From Alphaproteobacteria bacterium (GTDB lineage Bacteria > Pseudomonadota > Alphaproteobacteria > UBA828), in NCBI GenBank assembly GCA_965237415.1, contig CBDEFM010000001.1, positions 576,001-640,000 of the forward strand: DNA of 64,000 nt, given 5' to 3'. This document shows positions 20,360-30,603 of this stretch, in pieces. A model generated the notes under the pieces. It saw only the letters and a program-made list of their open reading frames with translations. It ran no database searches and was not told the DNA's origin. Numbering within the stretch: position 1 is the first letter of the stretch; every line of letters begins with the position of its first letter. A program made the position numbers and the translations under genes.

Positions 20360-20600
20360 GAGGTCGCCTGCATCGGCGCGTTCTATGTCGCGCGCGGCCT
20401 GGAGGACGGATCGAACGAGTCAGGGGACTACGCGAGCACCGTTTACCGGCCCGTCAACCCGTACCTCGACCCCCAGTATCCCGGCGATGCCGGTCTGAGC
20501 GACCCGAACCGCTGGCAAACGCTGGCCCTTCGCCTGTTCATCGATCAGGCTGGCAATCCGGCAGACGGGATTCATGAGTTCGTGACCCCCGAATGGGGCG
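20360..20600 (+). pseudogene. fragment resembling a vanadium-dependent haloperoxidase-family protein
   Basis: GLEDGSNESGDYA...YRPVNP...DPNRWQTL...FIDQAGNP...FVTPEWG; no start; cut by an IS21 end. Confidence 0.6.
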
Positions 20601-20912
20601 GTTAACGGCGGCCCAATAATGCCCCACGCGGAGCGGCCGGGCGGTCCGGTCGCGGCGGCGCAACATTCGCCACCTATGGTCCCTTGTCGGCTGCGACGAG
20701 GGGCGGGGGATGTACGGCGTGGAGATCTATTCGGCGGTTCGGCTTGCGGTTGTCGATGAGGGACTGAGCCATCACGAGGCGGGCCGGCGGTTTGGCATCG
20801 ACCGTCGCACGGTGAAGAAGATGCTGCGTTATTCGTCGCCACCGGGGTATCGGCGGACGAAGCCGGTGCGGCGGCCCAAGCCGGACGGGTTCACCGGCAT
20901 CATCGACGCGAC
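20600..20912 (+). mobile_element. istA: IS21-family left end plus istA 5' fragment
   Basis: GTTAACGGCGG...CCCCAC and a repeated CGGCGG...CCACC end motif; MYGVEIYSAVRLAVVDEGLSHHEAGRRFGIDRRTVKKML from 20710. Confidence 0.8.
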
Positions 20913-21411
20913 CCCGGCGCCTCGGGCGGCGTGGGGGGGCGCGTTGGTCCAGCTCGCGAAACGCCGCGGCGCGCGGGCGATCGCCATGGCGTCCGAGGCC
21001 AAGCACGCCGAGGTGGCGAGGCTCGGCGCAGACCTGATCCTGCCGCGTGCGCCCGAGGACCTGCGCGAGGCGTTGGAGGGCGAGACGGTCACGGTCGTCG
21101 CCGATGTCGTCGGCGGGCCCGGCTGGCCGGCGCTGATCGACATCCTCGCGCGCGGCGGGCGCTACACCTGCTCCGGCGCCATCGCCGGGCCCACGGTCGC
21201 GCTCGACCTGCGCGGCCTCTATTTGCGCGACCTCACCTTCACCGGCTCCACCGTAGTGCCGGGCCACGTCTTCCGGGATGTCGTGGGCTACATCGAGCGG
21301 GGGGAGGTCAGGCCGGTGCTGGCGGCGACCTGGCCGCTCTCCGAGCTCCGCGCCGCCCAACAGGCGTTCATCGACAAGCGCCACGTCGGGAACATCGTGG
21401 TCGTGCCGTGA
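20913..21411 (+). pseudogene. third, diverged copy of the MDR oxidoreductase (C-terminal half), in one ORF with the istA fragment
   Basis: GGALVQLAKRRG...GNIVVVP is near-identical to 8285-8782 with a few substitutions (LGADLILPRAPEDLRE versus LDPDRILPRAPGDLRG). Confidence 0.88.
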
Positions 21412-21818
21412 ACCTGTCGCGCGCTCGCCCTGGGCACCGGCGGGACGAGATGCCCTCCGGCAATACCTGACCGCGTCCGGTCGGGCGCGAAAGACGATCC
21501 GCGCGGCTTCTCCGTTTCACCGATAGTCCCGACGGCGGCAAGATCACGCGCCGCGGACGATCCTTCGCGGGGACCTGCGCGACGCACGTTGGCCGCCGAC
21601 ATCGGGTGGATCGCGGGCTGAATCCGGGGAGCTGCATCGCGGTGACCAGGATGGTCCCGACCTCGCCTCCCGGAGCATACGGAAGGGTTCCTCCGGCGCC
21701 GGGCGTGACGACCTCCACGATGCCCCTTCCGGCCGACGCGCCCCGGGCAATGGCCGCACACGCGCATCCCCTCGACACCTGCGCCGCTCGCGCCGAGTCC
21801 GGGAAGCCCGCCGCCCGG

Positions 21819-22751
21819 TCAGCAGAGCGGCGCGGCCGCGGCCCTGTACCCTTGCGCGGCCTCCCGGAGGACCCATTCGCGGAACGCCTGCACCTCGGAC
21901 CGGCGCCGGGCGGCGGCGGTGGTGATGAGGCAGCAGCGCGCGGGCACCCCGGCCTCGCGGTCGAAGAGCGGGACCAGCCGGCCGTCGTCGAGCTCGCGGG
22001 CGATGACGCCGGGGCGTCCGATGGTGGCGCCCAGCCCCTCGACCGCGGCGTGGATCACCATGCTGTAGAGGCGGAACCCCGAGGCGCGCGAGAGATCGGG
22101 CGCCGGCACGCCCTGGCGGGCGAACCAGCAGGGCCAGTCGGCTTCCCATCCGAGATCGTAGAGCAGCGGCCAGCGGTGCAGGTCGGCGGGCGCCCGGGGC
22201 CGCCCGCGCGCCTGGATCAGCGCGGGGCTGCACACCGGCAGCAGCGCCTCCTCGACCAGCGTGTCCTCGCCCGGACGGAGCTCGGGACGCCGCGCCGCGG
22301 TCGGGCCGGCATAGGCGAGCCAGACGTCGAAGTCGCGCCGGTCGGGGTCGACGCCGCGGTGGTTGGTCTCGATCTCGACCGCGATGTCGGGATGGGAGGC
22401 CTCGAAGCCGGGCAGCCGCGGCATGAGCCACTTCTCGGCCAGCGATTCGACCGAGACCATCCTGACGCTCCGGGCGACCTCGCGGCCGCGATGGAGCTCG
22501 GTGGCGCTCTCCAGGTCGGCGAGGATGCGGCGCACGTCGCTCAGATAGGCCCGGCCGCGGCGGTTGAGGCGCACCCCGCGGCGCCGGAGGCGGTCGAACA
22601 GGGGATGGCCGAGATGGTCCTCGAGCATCTTCACGCGGTAGCCGACGGCGGCGGCGGTGACCTCGAGCTCCTCGGCGGCGCGGGCAAAGCTTTCGCGCCG
22701 CGCCGCGGTCTCGAAGAAGCGCAGGCAGTCCAGGGGCGGCAACGGGGGCAT
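21819..22751 (-). CDS. LysR-family regulator, GcvA-like paralog
   Basis: LPPLDCLRFFETAARRESF; substrate domain closely similar to 11597-12544. Confidence 0.9.
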   Translation of the reverse strand: MPPLPPLDCLRFFETAARRESFARAAEELEVTAAAVGYRVKMLEDHLGHPLFDRLRRRGVRLNRRGRAYLSDVRRILADLESATELHRGREVARSVRMVSVESLAEKWLMPRLPGFEASHPDIAVEIETNHRGVDPDRRDFDVWLAYAGPTAARRPELRPGEDTLVEEALLPVCSPALIQARGRPRAPADLHRWPLLYDLGWEADWPCWFARQGVPAPDLSRASGFRLYSMVIHAAVEGLGATIGRPGVIARELDDGRLVPLFDREAGVPARCCLITTAAARRRSEVQAFREWVLREAAQGYRAAAAPLC

Positions 22752-22863
22752 CGGGATGCTCCGGGAACGAAGATTAGCATAATCTTCTTATGTCATTACA
22801 CAAAGCAAGCATGACATACAAGTCGGGGCGGAGCGAGTCAGTAGCGGCTTCGCCGCCGGCGGC

Positions 22864-23302
22864 TGCCGATTCTCACCAATGTAGCCGGTCGTTCTCACTC
22901 AACGTAGCCACCTATTCTCAGCAAAGTAGCCACCCCCTCTCAGCCTGGCAGCCACCCCGGAGCGAAGCGACGCGATTACGTTGATGTCAGCAGTTCTCCC
23001 TCCGCGATTTCTTCGAGATCGATACCACCGCCGAAGGCGCTGCGGCAAGGCGGTGGAGCATGGTGCGCGCGCGACGCGTGACCCCTCACGAGTCGGAGCG
23101 GCGCGCGCGCACCATGCTTTCGCTCGATCTCTCCGCTTGCTCCGACACCCCGGAGCGGAGCGACGATTCTACCGCGCGAAGCGCGGCTCCCTGTCGTCGC
23201 GTTCATGCCTTGGTTCCGGCGCCGGCGTCATCGGTGCGCATGGATGTGCCGTGCAGCTCGAACCGGGTGGCGCCATGAACGAGACGGTCGAGGATGGCGG
23301 CG
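22864..23302 (-). mobile_element. istB: IS21-family right-end remnant: istB 3' end and terminal repeats
   Basis: AAILDRLVHGATRFELHGTSMR (23203-23302); three ~23-bp TTCTCA-N5/6-GTAGCC repeats starting from TGCCGATTC at 22864. Confidence 0.75.
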
Positions 23303-23704
23303 GACCGTGCCAGGGCGTGGCGGCGGGGGTTGCGGGCGCGCACGAGGGTCGCGTCCGATGCTGCGCCCGTTCGCATCGCTCAAGGTCCAAACGCCGTCCA
23401 GCAAACCATTCCGGTAGACACCATGGACCCGCGAGCCGTCCGGGTAGCGATAGCTCCATGCGCCCTCCTTGCGTCCGTTCGCATAGCTTCCTTCTCCGGT
23501 CCGGTCATCGGGATAACGGAGGGTCCAGGAGCCGTGCCGGCCGCCATGCCGGAAACCCCCGGCGGCTTCGGCGCCGTCGCAATGCACGATCCGCCATTCG
23601 CCATGCGGGAGCCCGTCGCCGTCGAGCGGCCCGCTGGCATCGGGGGTGCATGCGCCGGCGGGCGCGGCGGCAATTGCAACGGCTAGCAGGATGCAGCCGA
23701 GCAT
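23303..23704 (-). CDS. secreted MORN-variant/YwqK-like repeat protein, 3' end disrupted by the IS21 remnant
   Basis: Signal MLGCILLAVAIAAAPAGA; repeats G.W...Y.DG...G.Y.NG...G.W. Confidence 0.65.
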
Positions 23705-23785
23705 GCCACGAACAGGCCTCCCGGCATCGGCTCTCGAATTGTTCACAAGGAAGTCGCCAGTACGTCGTCGCACCCGAGTGCCGGG

Positions 23786-26700
23786 TCAAATGGCGTCCAC
23801 GACCTCTTCCACCGCCAGGGTGTAGCTGCCGGTCCTGTCCCTGTACGCACCCGCCGCCACGTAGTAGGCGCCGTCCGTGACCGGGGTAAAGGTCATCTGG
23901 CTGTTGTAGCGCGTGCCGCCGTCGTCGTCCGTAGTACCGTCAATCAGGGCGCCGGTCGCATCGTGAATGCCGCGCAGATACGGGTCCCGCAAGGTGCCCT
24001 TGTCGGTCCATAATCCCTCCAGATCGAACCGGTACTTCTTGCCGGCCAGCAGTTCGACCGCAAACCAGTCGTTGTCGCCGGCGTAGCCAATAGCGCTGCT
24101 CACCGAAGAGCCGACCGAGACCGTGCCGATTGTGCCGGTATCCGCGGCAACATCCAGTTTCGGGGTCACATCGGTTACCGACAGGGTGTACGTGCCCAGA
24201 TGGTCTGGATGAGAGAACCACGACCCCGCCTCCACATAGTAGGTGCCGCCGGCTTCCGGTCTGAAGGTCAATGTGCCGAGCGAATTCGCAGCGCGGTCGG
24301 CATGTGACGTTCCTGGAACCCCGTTGCCGTCGGCGTCGCGTATCCAATGGAGAAACGGTTGCGTCAGTGTGCCCTTGTCGGTCGACCTTCCTTCCAGGTC
24401 GATCCGGTAGGTCTTGCCCGCCACCAGCTCCACCGCGAACCAGTCGCGATCGCCCGGCCGCTCAATCTCGCCGGTGGCCGAATCTCCAACCGCAACAGTC
24501 CCCTCCGTTTGGGTGTTGGCCACGTAGTCGTCGCGGGCCTCGCTGACGGATAGCGTGTAGGTGCCGCCGAAGACCTCCCCGTCCCCCCCGGCTGCTACGT
24601 AGTAGGTGCCGTCTGTTTCCGGCCTGAAGTACACTTGGCTGTTCGCACCCGTACGGATGCCGTTGTCGTTTACCGTTCCCGGAAGCAGGTTGCCTTCACC
24701 GTCGTGGATCCCGTGAATGTACGGATTCATCAAAGTGCCGTCGTCCGAGATGCGCCCTTTCAGGTCTATCTGGTAAGTCTTGCCCGCCTCCAGGGTCACC
24801 GCAAACCAGTCGCGGTCCTCCCTCCGTTCGACCTCGCCGGTGACCGAGCCCCCGACCGCGACCGAACCGCTCGTCCGGGTGCTGGCCACATAGTCGTCCC
24901 CTGCGCCGAGAAGTGACGTCACCGACAGCGTGTAGGTGCCGGTGCGCGACCCATCCGCCCCGGCCGCTACGTAATAGGTGCCGTCCGCGGTCGGCGTGAA
25001 CAGCACCCGGCTGTTGCTGCCGCCGTAGCCGCTGTCGTCGTTCGTCGTGCCGGGGATCGGGTTGCCGTCAGCATCGTGGATCCCGTGGAGGTATGGGTCC
25101 CTCAGCGTGCCCTTGCCCGTGTACATTCCCTCCAGGTCGATGCGGTACGTGTGGCCCACCTCCAACTCGACCGCAAACCAGTCGCGGTCACCGTCCACCT
25201 TGACCTCACCGGTGACCGAACCCCCCGCCGCAACCGTCCCCCTGGTCCCGGTATCGGCCGCGTAGTCGTCCGGCACCTCGGCGACCAGCACCGTGTAGGT
25301 GCCCATATGTCCTCCGGCGCTCCCGGCCGCCACGTAGTAGGTGCCGTCCTCGATCGGCGTGAAGTACACCCGGCTGTCAAAACCACCGGAGCCGGTGTCG
25401 TTGTTCGTCGTGCCGGGAATCAGGTTGCCGTCAGCGTCGTGGATGCCTCGCAGATACGGATCTCGCAAGGTACCGTTACCCGACAGCGCACCCTTGAGCT
25501 CGAATTTGTAAGTCTTGTCAGCCTCCAGGGTCACTGCGAACCAGTCGCCGTCGGCTGGAATGTCGATGTCGCCGGTGGCCGAACCCCCCACCGCAACCGT
25601 CCCCGTCGTCCCGGTATCGGCTGCGTAGTCGTCCGCTATCTCGGAGACCGCCAGCTCGTAAGTGCCGTAGATGCCGTAATTGGAACCCGGGCGGGGCGTA
25701 TCGTAGCCGGCCGCGATGTAGTACGTACCGTCCGCGGGTGCCTCGACGTACACTAGGCTGTTCAGGCCGTAGCCGCCGTCGTCGTTCGACGTGCCGGGGA
25801 TCGGGTTGCCATCGGCGTCGTGGATCCCGTGAAGATACGGATCGAACAGGGTGCCGTCTTGTGTCCACGTCCCCTTGAGGCCGACGGCGTACAACTTGCC
25901 CGCCACCAGCTCCACCGCGAACCAGTCCCGGTCGCCCGGCGTTTCGATCACGCCCCGGACCGAGCCCCCGACCGCAACGGTCCCCGCTGTGCTGGTGTCG
26001 GCGGCAATATCCGGCGGCAGTTGGATGGCCGACAGCGTGTAAGTGCCGGCACCCGGGCCACTCCCCCCGGCCGCCACGTAGTAGGTGCCGTCCGCGGGCG
26101 CCTCGAACTGCACCAGGCTGTTCCGGACGACGCCGCCGTCGCCGTCCGTCGTGCCGGGGATCAGGTCGCCGTTCGCGTCGTAGATCCCGTAGAGACGCGG
26201 ATCCGCCAGCGTGCCCTTGCCGGTGTCCTCTCCCTCCAGGTCGAAGCGGTACGTGTAACCTGCCTGCAACTCCACCGCGAACCAGTCGCGGTCCCCGTCC
26301 AACTCGACCTCGCCGGTTACCGAACTCCCCACCGCGAGCGTACCCGCGGTCCCGCTATCGGACGAAAAATCGTCCGGCACCTCACTGACCAGCACCGTGT
26401 AAGTGCCCTCATTTCCTCGGACCCCACGGGCCGCCACGTAGTAGGTGCCCGCCACGGTCGGCTCGAAGTACACGAGGCTGTCGGTTATGTGGCCGCCGTT
26501 GTCGTCCGTCGTGCCGGGGACCAGGTTGCCGTCCGCGTCGTGGATGCCTAGCAGATATGGATTCCACAAGGTGCCGTTACCCGAATTTACTCCCTTGAGC
26601 TCCACCTTGTAGACCTTGCCCGCCTCCAGGGTCACCGCAAACCAGTCGCGATCCCCCCTCCGTTCAATCTCGGCAGTGGTCGGAACCCCGACCTCGGCGA

Positions 26701-28366
26701 TACCGCTGGTTCGGATACTGCCCACATAGTCGTCCCCGGCGCCCAGAAGCGACGTGGCCGACAGCGTGTAGGCGCCCCGGTCCGTCGAGTCTGCCCCTCC
26801 AACCGCCACGTAATAGGTGCCGTCCGCGGGCGCCTGGAAGTGCACCACGCCGTCCACGGGCGCCTGCAACCGGAACACCAGATTGTCCCGGCCGCTGTCC
26901 GCGGTGTCGTCGCTCGTGCCGGGGATCAGGTTGCCGTCCGCGTCGTGGATCCCGTAGAGAAAAGGGTAGTCCAGCGTCTCCCCTTCCGTGGACGCTCCCT
27001 GCAGGTGGAAGCGGTACGTTTCACCCTTCTCCAACTCCACCGCGAACCAGTCGCGTTCGCCTGGAAATTCGATTTCGCCAGTGGCCGAACTCCCCACCGC
27101 AACCGTCCCCGTCGTCCCGGTATCGGCCGCGTAGTCGTCCGCCACCTCGGAGACCGACAATTCGTAGGTGCCATCGGTGCCATAACTGTGATCGGAGCCG
27201 TATACGGAGACGTCGTCGTAACCGGCCGCGATGTAATAGATGCCGTCCGCGGGCGCCTTGAAATGCACCAGGCTGTTCAGGACGGCGCCACCGTCGCCGT
27301 CCTCCGTGCCGGGGATCAGGTCGCCGTTCGCATCGTGGATCCCGTAAAGATGCGGATCGTACAGGGTCGCGGTATGTGTCCACACCCCCTTGAGGTCGAT
27401 CGCATACCTCTTGCCCGCCACCAGCTCCACCGCGAACCAGTCGCGGTCGCCGACGTCCCCGATGCGACCGGTCACGGTCTCTCCGACCAGCACGCGCCCG
27501 CTGGTGGCCAGGTCGGCCGGCAGGTCCTCGCCGGCGGGTTCCGAGACGCTCTGCGGCGCAACCTGCTCCGCTGCCTCTCGCTCCGCCTCCAGCCGCGCCA
27601 CCTCCTCTGCATCCGGCGCGCTCACCCCGTAGCGGAACACGTAGTCGTTGCGGCCCGCCTCCTGCGCGTCCACCCGCACGTAGTACGTCCCCGCCAGCAG
27701 CGTCACATCGAGCGCCTCGCTGGTCGTCCCCGACAGCGTGCTCGAATGCAGCACATTGCCCTCGGCATCCTCCAGGAAGAAATCCGCGTTCGCGTCCTGC
27801 TGGCGCAGCCCCAGCCCCACCGCCTTCGCCTCGGTCAGGGTGAACGTGAACCAGTCCCGCTCTCCCGCCTCGCCTTCCAGCGTCCCGCGCGGAAAGCGCG
27901 GACCGTTCAGGGCCGTGATGTCGCCGAGATCTTCCGCCGCCGCGCGCGCCGTGTCCGCGGTGCCGCTCGCCGGTGACGGCTCAGGCGTCAGATCCGCCAC
28001 CGACAGCGTGTAGGTGCCCGTCTCGTCGCGGTCGCCCGACACCTCCACGTAGTACGTCCCCGTCACCGTCGCCGTGAACGTCACCCGGCTGTCGCGCGAG
28101 GCGCCGAAATCGTCGTTGTAGGTCCGGTTCTCCCCGTCGCCGGTGCTCTTGTTCCCCTCGGCGTCGAGAATGCGCCGCAAAAACGTGTCGGACAGGGTGC
28201 CGTGCCCGCTCGGCGCGCCCTGCAGGTCGAAGCGGTAGGTGTGGCCGGCCACCAGTTCCACCGCGATCCAGTCGCGCTCGCGCGCCGTCTCGATGGTGCC
28301 GGTGACCGAGCCGCCGACCGCGACGGTGCCCGTGGTGCTCGTGCTGGCCGAATAGTCGTCAGGCAT
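23786..28366 (-). CDS. large PPC (pre-peptidase C-terminal)-type repeat protein, 12 repeats, probable T1SS substrate/adhesin
   Basis: 12 D-W-F/I repeat cores (DDY.ADT.T.GTVAVG...DRDWFAVEL...GTYYVAAG...GTYTLSV); acidic; no signal peptide or catalytic motif. Confidence 0.88.
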   Translation of the reverse strand: MPDDYSASTSTTGTVAVGGSVTGTIETARERDWIAVELVAGHTYRFDLQGAPSGHGTLSDTFLRRILDAEGNKSTGDGENRTYNDDFGASRDSRVTFTATVTGTYYVEVSGDRDETGTYTLSVADLTPEPSPASGTADTARAAAEDLGDITALNGPRFPRGTLEGEAGERDWFTFTLTEAKAVGLGLRQQDANADFFLEDAEGNVLHSSTLSGTTSEALDVTLLAGTYYVRVDAQEAGRNDYVFRYGVSAPDAEEVARLEAEREAAEQVAPQSVSEPAGEDLPADLATSGRVLVGETVTGRIGDVGDRDWFAVELVAGKRYAIDLKGVWTHTATLYDPHLYGIHDANGDLIPGTEDGDGGAVLNSLVHFKAPADGIYYIAAGYDDVSVYGSDHSYGTDGTYELSVSEVADDYAADTGTTGTVAVGSSATGEIEFPGERDWFAVELEKGETYRFHLQGASTEGETLDYPFLYGIHDADGNLIPGTSDDTADSGRDNLVFRLQAPVDGVVHFQAPADGTYYVAVGGADSTDRGAYTLSATSLLGAGDDYVGSIRTSGIAEVGVPTTAEIERRGDRDWFAVTLEAGKVYKVELKGVNSGNGTLWNPYLLGIHDADGNLVPGTTDDNGGHITDSLVYFEPTVAGTYYVAARGVRGNEGTYTVLVSEVPDDFSSDSGTAGTLAVGSSVTGEVELDGDRDWFAVELQAGYTYRFDLEGEDTGKGTLADPRLYGIYDANGDLIPGTTDGDGGVVRNSLVQFEAPADGTYYVAAGGSGPGAGTYTLSAIQLPPDIAADTSTAGTVAVGGSVRGVIETPGDRDWFAVELVAGKLYAVGLKGTWTQDGTLFDPYLHGIHDADGNPIPGTSNDDGGYGLNSLVYVEAPADGTYYIAAGYDTPRPGSNYGIYGTYELAVSEIADDYAADTGTTGTVAVGGSATGDIDIPADGDWFAVTLEADKTYKFELKGALSGNGTLRDPYLRGIHDADGNLIPGTTNNDTGSGGFDSRVYFTPIEDGTYYVAAGSAGGHMGTYTVLVAEVPDDYAADTGTRGTVAAGGSVTGEVKVDGDRDWFAVELEVGHTYRIDLEGMYTGKGTLRDPYLHGIHDADGNPIPGTTNDDSGYGGSNSRVLFTPTADGTYYVAAGADGSRTGTYTLSVTSLLGAGDDYVASTRTSGSVAVGGSVTGEVERREDRDWFAVTLEAGKTYQIDLKGRISDDGTLMNPYIHGIHDGEGNLLPGTVNDNGIRTGANSQVYFRPETDGTYYVAAGGDGEVFGGTYTLSVSEARDDYVANTQTEGTVAVGDSATGEIERPGDRDWFAVELVAGKTYRIDLEGRSTDKGTLTQPFLHWIRDADGNGVPGTSHADRAANSLGTLTFRPEAGGTYYVEAGSWFSHPDHLGTYTLSVTDVTPKLDVAADTGTIGTVSVGSSVSSAIGYAGDNDWFAVELLAGKKYRFDLEGLWTDKGTLRDPYLRGIHDATGALIDGTTDDDGGTRYNSQMTFTPVTDGAYYVAAGAYRDRTGSYTLAVEEVVDAI

Positions 28367-28765
28367 GGGTACAACTCCGGAGGTTCATGAACACGAATGA
28401 GGCGCCGCCCCGCACGGCGGCCGCCCAGGGCAGGGCGGCGCACCGGCGGACGGCGTGAGGCGCCGTTCGCCGGACAAGGGGCCGACTGGAAAGGAAAGGC
28501 CGCTGCCCAGCCTGGCCCGAGGAAGGGCGCCCGCCGAAGAACGGTAGTCGGGAAGGCCGCGGCCGAATGCGGAATACAGAACAGGTCGGCGCGCTGCACG
28601 CCGGCAAGGTCCGAGGCAAGCTTTTCGCCTCGCCTGGGCTCAATGGTCGCAGCCGTGGTTGTCGCTCACACCGGCTCCCGCACACCGCCACACCACGGGC
28701 GCAGGCGCCACGGCTGGCTTCGATTACATTCGCGCCGCCGGACCCGGAATTTCCGCCGTGGCGGC
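28367..28765 (-). promoter_or_regulatory. conserved upstream leader, copy B
   Basis: 28367-28634 aligns with 37693-38093; 28660-28765 aligns with 13715-13825. Confidence 0.65.
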
Positions 28766-28833
28766 ACCGTCTTTAGCGGTCGGAACAAATCAGACCAGCG
28801 CAGATATATATTGTCAACTTATTACTCTAAATG

Positions 28834-30391
28834 TGTCGGTAACACAGGATATGTCCGGTCTATGTACCAGATGATCTGTCCGGTTTTAGAAGGCATCCAG
28901 ACCATGGAGGTTTTGGATGCGTCGGACGGAGCAGGCACAGGGACTGAGATTGATGAAGTTCGAGGAGGTGTATGGGCGGACCAGGTCACGGCTGTTGAGC
29001 CAGGCCGAGGCGGCGGAGGTGCTGGGCGTGTCGGAACGGACCTTCCGGCGCTGGCGCGATCGCTACGAGGCGGAGGGCGCGGAGGGTCTCTACGACCGCC
29101 GCCTGGGCCGGGTCTCGGCCCGGCGCGCCCCGGTGGACGAAGTGGTACGGGTGCTTGAGCTGGGGCGCTTCGAGACGGAGTTCCTTGCCACCGACGAAAA
29201 CCTCACCGCCCTTGCCGGTTCGTCGGGGCAATGGATCGACCGCGTGCATGCGCGACACCCGCCGAGGATGATCGTCCTCGACATGGATTCCAGTGTGAGC
29301 CCAACCCACGGCGATCAGGAGGGCACGGCCTACAACGGGCACTTCGGGTGTTCCTGCTATCATCCGCTGTTCGTGTTCAACCAGTTCGGCGATCTGGAGC
29401 GGTGCGCCTTGCGTCCCGGCAACGTCCATAGCGCTCATGGTTGGCACGACGTTCTGGAACCCGTGGTTGCGCGCTATCGGGATTGGAAGGTGCAGCGGTA
29501 CTTCCGTGGCGATGCGGCCTTCGCCGCGCCGGACCTCTATGAATTCCTGGAAGCCGAGGCTTACAAGTACGCCATCCGTCTCAAGGGCAACGCGGTTCTT
29601 CAAGCCAGCATCGCTCACCTGCTCACGCGTCCCGTCGGTCGCCCGCCCAACCATGTGCGCCGTTTCCATGCCAGCTTCAGCTATCAGGCCGGATCGTGGA
29701 ACCGGAAGCGCCGGGTGGTCGCCAAGGTTGAATGGCATCCAGGGGAGCTGGTTCCCCGGGTCGGCTTTATCGTCTCCAATCTGGCCCGGCCCGCCGAACG
29801 CGTGGTGGCCTTTTACAACCAGCGGGGCACGGCGGAGCAGCACATCAAGGAAGGCAAGAACGCCATCCGGTGGACGCGCCTCTCGTGCCGGAAGTTCCGC
29901 AACAACGAGATCCGGCTTCAGCTTCACGCCCTGGCTTACAACCTCGGCAACTTCATGCGGACGCTGGCCTTGCCGAAGGCGGTGGAGCACTGGTCTCTGA
30001 CCACGCTCAGGGAGAAGCTGATCAAGATTGGCGCCAAGGTCGTGAGCCACGGCCGGTATGTCACTTTCCAACTGGCGGAGGTTGCGGTGCCGAGGGAGCT
30101 GTTCCGACAAATCCTCCGCCTCATCGATGGGCTGCGGCCGGCCCCTTTGCCGCCATGACGGCATTCCATCCCGTAGCATCCAGGTCGCGCGACAAGACAG
30201 GTGTGTGCTGCGCACGTCGAAGTGCGCCCTCACAGTGCGAAATGGTCACGGGGCCGGCTTTCTCATCGCCAAGTCAGCCCGATCGAGAGCGGACCACAGC
30301 CTATCGTGACAACTCAGAGCCGGTATCGCGGTCGGATGCCCATTGTGTTACCGTTGTCGGCGATCAGGAGCAGCCATCTGGGGAATCCCGG
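28834..30391 (+). mobile_element. chimeric IS: ISNCY/IS1202-like left end plus IS1380 right part
   Basis: TGT start with repeated TGTCCGG blocks at left; CCATCTGGGGAATCCCGG IS1380-type end at 30374-30391. Confidence 0.7.
28917..30158 (+). CDS. fused transposase: ISNCY-type HTH (~82 aa) plus IS1380 DDE domain
   Basis: LSQAEAAEVLGVSERTFRRWRDRYE...LYDRRLGR, then GRFETE...LDMDSSVSPTHG.QEG..YNGHF...RGDAAF...QRGTAEQHIKEGK. Confidence 0.85.
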   Translation: MRRTEQAQGLRLMKFEEVYGRTRSRLLSQAEAAEVLGVSERTFRRWRDRYEAEGAEGLYDRRLGRVSARRAPVDEVVRVLELGRFETEFLATDENLTALAGSSGQWIDRVHARHPPRMIVLDMDSSVSPTHGDQEGTAYNGHFGCSCYHPLFVFNQFGDLERCALRPGNVHSAHGWHDVLEPVVARYRDWKVQRYFRGDAAFAAPDLYEFLEAEAYKYAIRLKGNAVLQASIAHLLTRPVGRPPNHVRRFHASFSYQAGSWNRKRRVVAKVEWHPGELVPRVGFIVSNLARPAERVVAFYNQRGTAEQHIKEGKNAIRWTRLSCRKFRNNEIRLQLHALAYNLGNFMRTLALPKAVEHWSLTTLREKLIKIGAKVVSHGRYVTFQLAEVAVPRELFRQILRLIDGLRPAPLPP

Positions 30392-30603
30392 ACAACATGT
30401 TGATCAAACCGGAGCCATGTGCATAAGCGGTTCGTCGATTTCGTCATAGGGTCTTGAGCAGGTTATCGGCGGCATGGGTGGTCGGGCGAACACGTCAGGG
30501 CTGCGTGCCGACTGAGTTGAGACCGAACTTGGCCGGAGCGGGCGACCGAAACGCAATCTCGGGCTGGCCCGAGAATCTGGAAGTGCCTGCGGGAGGGAGT
30601 TCA

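Noticed and set aside
21420-21810. Short ORFs between the MDR remnant and LysR
   Set aside because: No convincing motif or start; likely decayed sequence.
22864-22945. Three ~23-bp tandem repeats resembling a mini CRISPR or iterons
   Set aside because: There are no spacers and no cas genes; the position downstream of an istB end fits IS21 terminal repeats.
23786-28366. Regular DNA repeats as a possible array or DGR
   Set aside because: They are coding protein repeats; no reverse transcriptase and no adenine-specific variation were seen.
28805-28833. Possible dif/Xer site next to the IS1202-like end
   Set aside because: Only a partial XerD-arm match (TTACTCTAAAT), with no recognisable XerC arm.
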